Origin: Psammoneis japonica
Lineage: Eukaryota
Assembly (NCBI GenBank): GCA_008632985.1
Contig: QPGO01000078.1
Span: 62,001 to 126,000 of the forward strand
Reading direction: 5' to 3'
DNA: 64,000 nt
Below are positions 12,455 through 23,850 of the stretch, one piece after another (the first letter of the stretch is position 1; each line of letters starts with the position of its first letter). The notes under the pieces were generated by a model. It ran no database searches and was not told where the DNA came from. It saw only the letters and a program-made list of their open reading frames with translations. Made by a program: the position numbers and the translations under genes.

Positions 12455-13837
12455 AGCACTGCTGTGTTTACATTGTTGCATCTGAAACAGAGATGTGAAC
12501 CATCTTTGCACTGTCTCATGTTGGTGAACTGGCCTTGGCAGGGTCAACCATCATTGCACTGTCTCGTGTCGATCGAGCTGGCCTTGGTTGGGTCATGTGC
12601 AATGGTGACATGGGCAAAAGCAACCCGCAAAGCACATTGCATGTTGCACGCACATGCAGCACGGTGGTGGACAGGAGTTCATGTTGGACGCAAATGGGGT
12701 GGAACAGTTGGTTTGTTTGTTTGTCGGCAAGTGCCCGAACCCAACATGAGTTGCTTTGTTGGACACAAACGGGGTGGAATGTTTAGTTTGTTCGTTTGTC
12801 GGCAAGTGCCCGAATGCAACATGAGTTGCTTCGTTTGCAGTTGTTGGCTTCCTTGCCACAACGGCGTCCAGCTTCCTCATTTTCTCATGTCGCTCTGCTT
12901 CCACCTGAACAGCTTTGGTGTCATCTGTTTGACTTTGACGGGATCTTTTCCTCACCGGCAACTTGTTCGTTCTAGACGCAAGGATGTCTTTGTGCTGCAG
13001 TGCAGCTGAATGAGAACACTTGGTTGTCTTGCAGAACTCTTCACAGTCGCCCATGTGAAGGGTGCGGCCACCCGGCAAATGTTTCATTGTCACATGGCAC
13101 AGACCCGTGGTGAGCTTGTACAATGCGTCATGCGAGTGCTTGCAATCGCCGACAAAGTGACCCCTCAGGGCATTCTTGCAGTCGATTGTTCGTGTTGGAT
13201 CGATGGGTGTCCCAAGGGACTCTTGGGTGTTCACCAAGCAGCCACCCTTGTGTGCAACCATGTCCTTCTCCAAATCCATCTTGCCAATTTCCGCAATGAC
13301 GTTTTGGGTGAGGGCCTTGTCCCAGTCGAGAATGCGCCAACCCTTTCCAATGGCAGAACACTCTTGCGTGTGTGTGTGCATCAACCCGGGCAATGCATCG
13401 TTGAGTGCACGATGCATCGAGACACCAGAGGGAAGCAGACCAACGAACTGATTGCTTCCTTGCATTTCAAGATTCATTCTGCAATGCAATGAAAGGCAAA
13501 CCGCGTGAGTGTGGAATTCAGCAACATGCAATGACAACAGAAAGGGCACGGACTCACCTTTCGTGCGAGTTGTTTTGGGGCACGCAGCCCGGCTCCCCGA
13601 ACGTGGAATGATGCCACCAAGAAAAATCTTTGTTCTCGACATTCTGGCAGTCAAACACCTCCGCAAGCTTTGTCTCTCCTGCCATTTTCCATGAATGAAT
13701 GACCACCTTGGCCATTGGGTAAAACAGCTCCCATGTCTTGCATCGATGAAGCTTCCTCACGTCCTTCATGGCCACCCTCATGAGGAAGCTTTGGTCTTTG
13801 ACGCACTTGCGACATTGTCCATTGTGCTTTCTTGTAA

Positions 13838-14659
13838 GAGCATCTTCGCCAGTGAGTCGTAAACATAAACCTATGTCCGTACGTCTTCCGATACGAATGA
13901 GATTCGCAAAAAATCATCATTTTCGGTGGATCGTAAGCATATTTTTTGCGCTAATAACCCTTTTCGAATTTACGATTCATGAAAGTGAATCGCAAATCAG
14001 GCCTTGGATACGATCCACCTCCAAAATCGTAAACGAAAATCGTAAATTTCTGGTACAAAAAGGGTGTAGAAATCCTGTAGAAAGTGCGTGTCACCATGAC
14101 GAAACGACAATCGACGCTTTCTTGATGAGAGGGCCTTACAGAGGCCCAACAATTAAGACTTTGTCGTATCTTATGAACTTACATACGGCCGCATCGAGAT
14201 ATGGGAGGAGAACCGACATATGGGGGGTTTATGGGGTCAGAAGAGAATAAGGCATAAATCGTGTGATAACATTTCGCTTGTTTTCGCGATGTAGAATGAC
14301 TTTCACAACATAGTAACACATAGACATATAATATGAATTATTCTCTATTGATAGACGTCGACATATCTTTGAATAGACGGTGATTTGTGTCGTATATTGC
14401 GTTCAAAGCCGCCATGGCGTCATGTAAAATTCAACAAGTCCGTCCTACCATCAGTTAGTTATTGATATACGTGTATGGAGTTGGTTGTTACCTCAACGTC
14501 TGCCCAACCATCGGCCGAATGTGAATACGATTGTGATCGACTGAAAATGATGGTCGCGTGCAGAATCGTAAACTTATACGGGGCAGTCTGTTCGCTTGTC
14601 CTTTTAGGTTATGTTCCTATGTTTATGTTTATGTTTGCGACTCACTGGCGAAGATGCTC
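13838..14659. mobile_element. PIF/Harbinger (Tourist-like) MITE, 822 bp, TAA target-site duplication
   Basis: 33-bp TIRs GAGCATCTTCGCCAGTGAGTCGTAAACATAAAC (one mismatch); TAA at 13835-13837 and 14660-14662; excision restores the MULE frame (..KFRTDFTRKHNGQ..). Confidence 0.9.
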
Positions 14660-15245
14660 TAAAGTCGGTCCGGAATTTACGTGTGAGGTGTGGGCAGCAA
14701 GTTGCAAAAGGATCTTCGGGAAACAACAGTTTGATTGAACGCGTTCTGGAATGAGTGCGAGTGATCCGAGCACAACCCGCTGCCAAAGTGCAAGTCATCT
14801 GTGCCAAACAAATCGAAAGCCGCCTTCTTCATTGCAAGCAGCAGGTGCAGCGCACCCTCTTCGTGCTCCGCTGTTGCAAGTGCACAACCGACAGGCTTGA
14901 ATGAGGACGAAAAATGTTGCTTGCCCCCCCTTTCTCATTTTGTGTGGTCCGTGACTCCAAAAACAATGGTCACAAAATCATTGCCGACCACACTGTGCAT
15001 GCCGTCTGTCGTTCCAACTGTTTTGAAGTCGAGGTCCTTGCAGTCGCACATGTTTCTGAGCAGCCCAAGGGACGAAAAAACGATTGTGTTGTCCATTGCC
15101 GGCAAGAATGGACCCTTGCTCCCCTTTTTCTTGTTGTGCAATTCCTCGGCATTTCTCTGACACAACAGCATCCTGTCTCGAACCTTTTTGGGAAGGTCGC
15201 CGAGGTCGGGGACCGGAAGACAAAACATGTCTGTGTGGGGCATTC

Positions 15246-16562
15246 GATGTGTTTTCATCCCAGGTGAGAAACGCGCATGCGGAGGTGAGACGTTTCGTCT
15301 GTCCCTTTTCCATCGCCGTGCTTTTTGTGCGAGCAAATCTGACTGGACTTTCCCCCGATTTTTTGTTTCTTCTTTCCACAGACATGTTTATTTTGAAAAG
15401 CCAGCCGTTGTTCTCATTGGTTGAAGGGTGCGTACAAGAAAAGCGCTGTCTCGAAAGCGGCATTTTTTGGAGTGAAGCTGACAGCCATCTGCTCGTTGTT
15501 GTCATTCTGGTGCATTTGAGAGACTGTTCCACTGTTTCTTTCACCAAATCTGACTGCTTTGAAAGAATGCACGCATTGTTCATTGTGTGAAGAGCTCATG
15601 CCAAAAAAGAACGGCGTTCTAACTCCATCATTTGCACAAGAAAAATCGGGGGAACTGACTTTGCACGTGATTTTTTTGCGCGATCGGCCATTTCAAAGAT
15701 CGACTGATTTGTCGACCTGTGTGGGACACTTGAGTGAATAAAACAACAGGATTGAAATGGCAGCGTCAAAGTTCAATGTGTGTCTGGTTATTGTGTGATT
15801 TGATGTGCCCAAGCAGAGTTAAAGATGAAATGTTGACAAAATTTCACCGCTCAAAATGACTGGTTCTATCTTAGAATAAAATAAAATGGCTGCAACGCTA
15901 AGATGTCGCTGATGGTGTTGTTCTACTTTACAACAATGAAACTGTCACACTTGCATCTGAGATTCTTTATCCTCACACACCCTCAAAACCGAACACATGA
16001 CGATTCTCTTGTCGGCAGCGAAATCTGATGTTGTCGCGCGACCCAAAAGCGTCGTCCATGACGACTCAAAGTGCGGACGATACATTGTAAGAATCCCAGC
16101 AACGTGTCATAGAAACATTCTTCATTGTCAGTGTCCGGTGTCAAGCAGATGGAGCAGCGCGTTGATGAGAATCCTACTTCGCAAGCTGAGGAAGAGAGAA
16201 AGAGGTGTCAAAAATGTCATGAGTCAAAAGGCCATCCATGAGGCACAACAAAAAACAAAGATCAAATTTTCAACCACATCATCGCATTGAGCGTTGTCTT
16301 ATTGACCTGTCTTGGCATTCTCACCTTCTCAGTCACAACATCCGTTGGTGCAAGAATGGACGAGTTCATGGCGACGGCATGGTGCCATTTTCGGTTTGCG
16401 CGAATTGTGGTTTGTGGTTCGAGACATGGAAAAATATATTTTTACTGTCATGGAGCTCGTTTTTTACTAAGATTTTTGGTGCTAAATGTACGTCTCATGT
16501 AGAAACACGTAGAAAACCTCGTGATGTGTCCAAAAGTTTCTCACCTAGGATGAAAACACATC
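15246..16562. mobile_element. Non-autonomous TIR DNA transposon, 1317 bp, 4-bp TSD ATTC (superfamily uncertain; Sola is one candidate)
   Basis: 27-bp TIRs GATGTGTTTTCATCC[C/T]AGGTGAGAAAC; ATTC at 15242-15245 and 16563-16566; excision restores the MULE frame (..SKEGMPHTD..). Confidence 0.85.
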
Positions 16563-18919
16563 ATTCCCTCTTTGCTGTGTCGCTTGCCCCGGCATCCGGT
16601 GTCGCACAGATCTTTGGCGAGTTCCATCATGTGAACCTCGGAGGACACCAAATGGGGCTTGCAGGTGGATGGAAGACACAGAGCATGGTTTCAACTGAAT
16701 GCAAGCAAGTCTTGTGTGTGCTTGATCTTGACCTTTTCAGCGGGATTGTCCCCGAGGGATGACTGGGGACGTTGATCGTTGCTTCTGTTGTTGGAATCAA
16801 GCAAGTGACAAATCTTGTTGCTCACCTTGTCCCTCAGTTCTTGGGTGGCAAACAATGGGGCGATGGACGGGTTTTCGGAAACTGACAGTTTGGCAACTGT
16901 GCGGCGGGTGATGTCCTTTGGTTTGAGGGACGGGTCGTCCTGTTTTAGCTTGTCCACGTGATCCTTGACCAGCGGCGGCAAACCTCGGGAACCAGTGGAC
17001 AGCATGTGGTCCACCCACGTCCGGCGCATGTGGGTGGAGTGATCTCGGAGGATGCGACATTTGCAGTGCTCCTTGCCGGGGAGCATCACTGTCTCAGCTT
17101 GAAAGGGACAATCCTTGTCAACCTTGCAGCTGTGTGTTGTCGTGATGGGCTGCAGCGGGTCTTGTCTCCTCAGGAATGTGTTGTTGTTTCTGTCCGTCTT
17201 TGCGTCTGGACCTGGAAAATGTTTTGCCTTGTTTGCGGACTTCATGAGGTCGCCTGGAACGAGGTCAAGGGCACGGCCGGAACCATGATCATGGCGGGGA
17301 ACCGGCTTGGGCAGAGAAAGGCTGCTGGCTGTGTCGGGGCCACACAGCTTGGGTGGAATGGCTCCCAGCCCATGAATTTTGGAATCTCCATTGACAGATT
17401 CTTTGCATTTCATGACGGAGGAAGATTTCTTTTTCAGAAAATCATCACAAATGGCAGCAAGGAGCTCGTTGCCCCTTTTGCCCAAAATGGAGTCTCCAAC
17501 GTGCTGGACCCGCTCAGCAAACGCTTTGGAGTCCGGAGCAAAAATGGAGCGATCCTCAGTGCTGATCTTGCGAGCCACGACCGCAAGACATGAATCTCTG
17601 ACGGGACCGGGACCCACCCCTTCAGCCAGAGATCGGAGGCGGGTGGCGGGAGATGGAAGGTCGCCGTCGCTGAGACAAGACATCAAAAGAGTGGTGAAAA
17701 GGAAAAACGCCATGGCAGATGTGCTGAAACGAAGGAAGCGGAACAAAAAGAGCATCACGGGGTGCCAGATCTCAGTAGTGTGACAAAAAGTTTCCCGCCA
17801 AAACATCAGTCCCACAAGATCCGCAGGTCCCGCAAATGCTGCCAATGACAGGCCTCATTTCCGTTGATGGAATCAGCTTCTTTTGCCATGAACAAGTTGG
17901 GGAAAATTCAAACAAAGTTTGTCAAACAAATGTTGCCAATGCTGCCGAACGAAGGGCAAGATCGGGGGCGGGTCGACTCGATTAATTTCAAAAACAAAGG
18001 GCAGCAGCAACTCGCTTTCACAAACCCAGACACGAGAGCAAGTGAGGCATCTGCAAGATGACGAGAACGAGAGGAAATGCATCGCAGAACAGGTGAGCAA
18101 CAGGCGACGGCGTGGATCAACCAACACAAACAAGAGCTGATCCTGCGTTGTCACGTCTTTCATTGCACAGGCCGAAAAGGAACGGATCGCCGCCTGCAAG
18201 AAGCGTCTCTCGCACACAGCACTTTTTCCACCCGAGGCAGCAACCCAGGATGGCGATGGTGCTGAGACGACTGCGACGTGACTCCGAAGGTCGAAAGCAA
18301 GGCGCGATGAGTGAGATTGTCAGAGGGAGGGGCGGGTCTGTGTCCGCTGAGCCTCAGACTCCTGATGCCGCCACTGGAGGAGCCGATGGAAGGGCGCGGG
18401 TGACCGGAAGATTGACCAGCGGGGTCCGTCGCCAAGCCACTGGGAAATTCCTCAAATGTCCACGACACCAACCAACTGTCCACAAGGAGCTGTGGCACCT
18501 TCCCAGAGAGTCAAGGGGAAGGAAGATGAAGGACCTGTGGGCATGATGGGAGGGCGAAGAGCGAAGCCACCACGAATGGACAGATGATTCTTGTTTGTGC
18601 TGTTTGGCTAAACGGCCATGATCTGGGAAAGGCAGAGCAGGGTGGAACAATCGTGTGATGAAGGCACAACATCGCCGTTTGTCGGGACCGATTGAGGCAA
18701 GACGAGATTGCATTTTGTTGACTTTGTGCCCAAAAAACACCGAAAAATTGCACTCACCATCATGTCTGGTTGCATTGAATCCAATTTTTGAATGTTTCCA
18801 TTGGGGTGTCTTTCGGTCATTTACATCAAATTTTTCTTAAATGTTGTGATGGCCCGCAGACACACGAATGACCACATTGCAGATGCACATGGCAAGCTCC
18901 AGCAGCAGTTGGTCATGCA

Positions 18920-19620
18920 CGTTTGGGTTCGATGTGATGAGCAACTGTCATGCCACCCTGCAGCAGCCATGCCCTGCAGGAAAAGCTGTTCGGTGGTGGG
19001 CGCGCACGCGATCAAGCAGAGAGCAGAAGCAACAAAGCAAAAAACATGGCATGGGGCGAGACGTTGTAAAGTGACACGACAACAAGCAATGAGAAGAAAC
19101 CCAACTTGACCCAGGAACACAGCACACAAATGCATTCCAACAGCTTTGATCTCATCTGGAAACACCAGCTGGCAGATGAGTGAATGGCGTTTGCGTTGCT
19201 TGCCATGGTGTTGTTGTGTGTTGTCGTGCCGCTGTCATTGCGCATGAAGGACGGGGATCCATTTTGCCCACAGTGACTCTGTTTTGCCAACAGCAGACAT
19301 TTTGCTGTGTGCAATCAGAGGACATTTTGAGAAGTGCTTCATGACAACCCTGTTCGGACCGTCAAACAGAGTTTTTTTTATCCAGATTTCAGAGTCCTTG
19401 GGGGTGTTCTGTCAGACTTTTGGGTGGGTGCATCTGTGAATTAAAGGCACAAGAAAATTCAATGACATGCAAAACACCAAGAGACCAACACAAATTTGTC
19501 TTCCATGTGGACCACGTAGATTGTGCACCGGCAGAAAATCCACCGCATGTCAACTCACTCAGCAGCGGTTCTGCACATGTGCTGCTCACACCTCACACGC
19601 GCACACACACCTGCACAGTC
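18920..19620 (+). repeat. ~700-bp dispersed repeat, copy 2
   Basis: Collinear similarity to 7408-8085. Confidence 0.85.
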
Positions 19621-19685
19621 CAGTGACCGCACACACGTGCACAAGATGAAGGACAAATCAGCGATTGTGCAAGCAAGCAAGCAAC

Positions 19686-20180
19686 CCACTCTCCATCGTG
19701 AGTCCATGCGTCGACCGATGCACGCACTTCGCACATGTGCCCAGTCACCACTCTCCATTGTGAGTCCATGCGTCGACCGATGCACGCACTTCGCACACGC
19801 ACCCTGACCACAGATTTTCAAAAAGCACAGATTTCCCATTGTTCAGCTAAACCTGGGGTTGGTTTTTTCCAAAATTTGCCAAATTGTTGCGATCTTTGAA
19901 GAACCCTTCTGCAGGCCCGGCGTGGCAAAAGCAGGCCCGGTGCGGTCTGCGTGCACTTTGCGCACTGCGCACATTTGTGCCACTGAGGGGGGAAGACAGA
20001 AGGGGTCAGATTCCAGATTTTCCATTCTAAAATCTCACTGATTTCATGCGGCCCCCAAAACAATCTTGCAGATTTTCAAATCGACACAGATTTTCCATGA
20101 TGATCAGGGCACCTGGTCACCACTCTCCATCGCGAGTCCATGCGTCGACCAATGCGTGCGCTTTGCACATGTGCCCGGTC
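19686..20180 (+). repeat. Three 62-bp tandem units, the second interrupted by a MITE
   Basis: CCACTCTCCATCGTGAGTCCATGCGTCGACC at 19686, 19748 and ~20120. Confidence 0.85.
19802..20109. mobile_element. Hypermutated Tc1/mariner-type MITE related to 58313-58628; left TIR partly deleted; TSD reads CA/CA
   Basis: Right end CACAGATTTTCCATGATGATCAGGG vs CACAGATTTTCTATGATGATCACGG; shared internal TTTGAAGAACCC, ACATTTGT, CAGATTCCAGATTT. Confidence 0.75.
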
Positions 20181-21153
20181 ACCTGATGCTGCAGACTCTC
20201 AGAGAATTCAGACAGATGATGTGCCAGGGACGTGTGTGGCAAATGTGTTCCGGCGCTCTTGCGGATTTTGAGATTCCGGTGTGTTTCTGCACACGCAAAA
20301 AACTTTCTGCACAAACTTCTGCACAAAACATGCCAGAGGGCACTGGAGCAACCATCTGTCTGCATTCTTGATGGGCTCCAGTCCCAGGTGAGACTCCGTG
20401 TGACATTGGGCCCACAGAATTCTGCGTGCGAGCTCCGCAGCAAATTTGTTGAGCAATGAAAATGCAAATGATCGCCAACAGAAAAAGAGGCAATTTTACG
20501 AACGCATCTCCTCCTCCACACTTGCAGCACATCATCAACAGTTTGCTCGGGTGTGTTCTCCAGACATCAAAGAATGCACCCAGAGCATTTTCATTCTTGT
20601 GAATGTTGAAAATGGAAAGCCTTTGGCTTTGCAAAATGGGGAGCATGAAACAATTTCGTAGAATGTCACACGCAGAAATCTGCATGCGCGACATGCCACG
20701 CGATCCAAAAAACTCTTGATGTCACAGTGCAGCAGTGCTGGGTCCCACCCAGAGCTGGAGCGCATCTCTCTGAGAGTCTGTGACGTGACCGGGTGGGGTG
20801 TGAGAAGCGCGCACTTGTTGGTTGACGCGCGGAATCACGATGGAGAGTGCGAGCAAACCGTGGGACCAACACAGTGCTCACCACAAAAATCGATTGATCG
20901 CAATGATGCCGTCACACTGTTCATGATGCCCATTCCAGGTGATGAACATCGCAGCACACTGGATCTGACAAAGTGAGCAAATGCTGCCATGGCAGCTGAA
21001 AATCGGGTGTGAGACAAGACAGAGTGTTTTGAGCAGCATCAGCAGGTTCTAGAATTGTGAGATGTTGCGCCACTGGGACCGCTGATCAAGCGACAGTGGA
21101 CCAATGGCCAACAGCATGTAAACTGCCCATGTTTGTGACAGCATGTCAGCATT

Positions 21154-21157
<4 letters not shown>

Positions 21158-21223
<66 letters not shown>
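21158..21223. repeat. (CA)33 microsatellite
   Basis: Direct reading. Confidence 0.97.
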
Positions 21224-21225
<2 letters not shown>

Positions 21226-21799
21226 GCAAGAGAAAATGGTTGGGTGCACAGAAACAATGGCTGCTCAAGAAGCCAACCAGTCCCCCCAGAATGACAAAGA
21301 GTCTCTCTTTTTTGTCAAAAGGCATCATGAATGATTCTCTGTTCAAGGGTGGGAAGTCCCTTGTTTTTGGGGGCATTTTGGAAATTTCGCTGGAAAAATG
21401 GACAAAACAAGACAGCATTTTTTGCGAATGCGTGCGATTCATGGAAAAATGCTCAAACGGCTTGAGCGCGAATTCTGAGCATGCAAACAACACGACAATG
21501 GCTGAGGTGCCGTTCGTTGAATGCAGTGGAGGTGGGGAGGCCTCCAACTTTCTTCGTGAGTTTGTCACCCATGTCAAACACGACACACCCTGAAAAAAGT
21601 TGGAGGCTGCCCCACTGAGTTTTCGAGAACGAACGGCATTTCGGCCATTGTCGTGTTGTTTGCGCGGTGAGCGCCGAACGCACTGGGATTTTTTTCCACA
21701 ATTGCATCACAAATGATTAAAACGTTTGTCATTTTTGATGCTTTTTACAAACACATGTCAAAAACACAAGGGAGTTCCCAGCCTCAAAGCTGCAGAAAA

Positions 21800-22480
21800 G
21801 AACACAGTGGCTCAACATTGTTTGTCAATGTGGGGCAATGTTTTTTCTTGTGTTTGCCTTGCTGGGGTCCAGAAAAACCATCACATTGTGGCAAGCACAC
21901 ACTCCTCAGATCCAGCTGGAGCCGTGGTTTCCATTGCTTGATTTTCACAATTTTGAACAGAGCCAAAGGGAGAAGATGGCTTTGAAGGGAAGAAAATGAC
22001 AGAGCTTTGTTGAAGCCAAGAACAGCCAGGTGCAGCTGACCGAACCAACCTTGTGGCACTGCATCAGACTCCAACAAGTCCATGTTTTGCAGCAAAAATG
22101 GCTGGAGAGTCATCAAACTCATCCTGGCTTTGTTTCCACAGAGGCGCTTGGCTCTAAACAAGATTCATCACATCACATTCTTGTTGCCATTTTTGAGAGC
22201 AACTCAGTTGGGAGGCAACTGCGCTGACATTGTCAGAGTGTCCATGTGTCCACACAGCCTGAGCTTGCAGCTGGTTGAGAACAGAGTGGAGGAAAGCACT
22301 TCAATGGCAGCAGCCAAGTCAATCATGCTGGCAGCTGGGTCCAAAGGAGCACCAGCTTTTTTTGCATCACTGGAACAATTTGAGTGTGTGTTGCATCGCC
22401 AAAAAAGCATGTTGTGGGTCTTCCTGCATGGGGCAAGATGATGTTCAAAAGGAGAACAAAGGGATGATGGATGGTCAATG
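21800..22480 (-). repeat. Degenerate coding-like dispersed repeat, copy 1 (copy 2 at ~35060-35730)
   Basis: Shared GCCTTGCTGGGGTCCA, GGTTTCCATTGCTTGAT.TTCACAATTTTGAACAGAGC, GTCATCAAACTCATCC, CAATTTGAG..TGTG.TGCATCGCCAAAAA. Confidence 0.8.
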
Positions 22481-23269
22481 AAAGTTGGCTCCTCCTTTGT
22501 GGTGGGAACTCTGGACATGCAGTGAGGAGGTGTGGAACCTGGGCTGATTTGTGCTGACGTGCACGCAAGTGTCAACTTTGAGCTTTCCCCTCAACTTGCC
22601 ACCAGCCAGTTAAAAAAGATTTCATTGTCAATTGACAAGCTTGCTGCCAGCTGAAGTGCTGTCAAATGCACATGCACAGAATGGCGTGCAACACACCACA
22701 AATGAAAATCTGTGATCTTGTCATTTTGGGCTCTTGCACTGAACAATGTGGAGGCAACATCATGATGATCTGCGCATGACTTTCTGCTGTTGTCACAACA
22801 TGAGACAACTGGGGTCTTGAGTTTGGCTGCATTCTGTGTTCTCAAATCATTGTTTGTCCTGGCTGTTCTTCCCTTGTTGGTGGGTGCTCTCTGTTCAATT
22901 GAGTGACAACACACAAAGCCACAATTTGCAACATGCCAGTTGTGTTGTGATTGCTGCAGCTTGCACCCACAATGTCAGTTGTGTTGCAAGTGCTGCAGCT
23001 TGCAGAGATGATTGTGACATGGGAGCAGATGATGCAGGCACTTGCCTGTCATGTGATGGTGGTGCAGTGGGCAAACAGAAAGAAGTGCCCTTGCAACCAG
23101 GGAAACATTCTAAAAATTGGAGCAAATGCCCAGAAGCACTTTCTCAGCAGTGTTGCACCACTGGCTGGATCCCAACATCTCATTGCATTGCTCCTTGGAG
23201 AAGCACATGGCGCTTTTCTTTCCATCAACTTGAGCAGGGTGTTGCGCCCATCTGACAGCATGCACAAAT

Positions 23270-23850
23270 TTAATCTCTCTTCAGTGGTTGCTGAAGATGC
23301 AGACCATTTCTGGTCTCAACTCTGGAAAGCATGACATTGTGCACCCAGTTCTGGGTGCACACCTGTGGCTCCAGCTGTGCACAAGCACATTGTTTGCACC
23401 ACTTCCTTGCAGCTTGTGCCCGGTTGTTGCATTGTTCATTGCATTGGCAGTTGTGTTTTGCATTGGGTCTTTGATGCAGGCTTTGAACATGGTTGATTTG
23501 GGCTTGAGTGAGAAGGTTGGTGGGCCAGCACTTTTGTTGCTGTGTTTGAGCACCACATGATCCACCTGGGATGCTGTCACACCTGGAGCGAATGCTCCAC
23601 AGTCTAGAACAACCAGTGACGAACTCTCTCCCAGTTTCAGCATGACTTTCACTGCAGTTGCCTGTGCTCCACTTGCAGTGCTGCTGACCACATTGTCATT
23701 GTGTGGTGTCATCACTCTGCACCCCACATGTGTTTGCAATGCTGGGTCAAGTCTTCCTGACTGCACAGCTGCAGCGCTCTCCCCGCAGTTCTTCCAGAAC
23801 ATTTTGCACTCAACAAAAGGTCCACCATGCCTTCAACACTTGACAGCATC
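23270..23850 (-). mobile_element. PIF1-like helicase C-terminal remnant, probably from a Helitron
   Basis: RLDP.L...GCRVM...N, NNATTGHKLQG, and in a shifted frame VMLSRVETRNGL (SF1 helicase motifs T.HK.QG and YV.LSRV). Confidence 0.7.

Larger units (their letters stand above)
12860..17845 (-). mobile_element. MULE/Mutator-like transposase gene, hypermutated and split by two nested insertions; termini not found
   Basis: N-terminal C-x4-C...H-x-H-like region then RGLPP (16691-17845); DG.H.V..ND.V.IVFGV; LCSDHSHSFQNAF; FPEDPFATCCPHL; PQNNSHER with intron 13479-13557; SWIM-like DCEEF...KCSH; frames rejoin when both insertions are removed. Confidence 0.75.
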
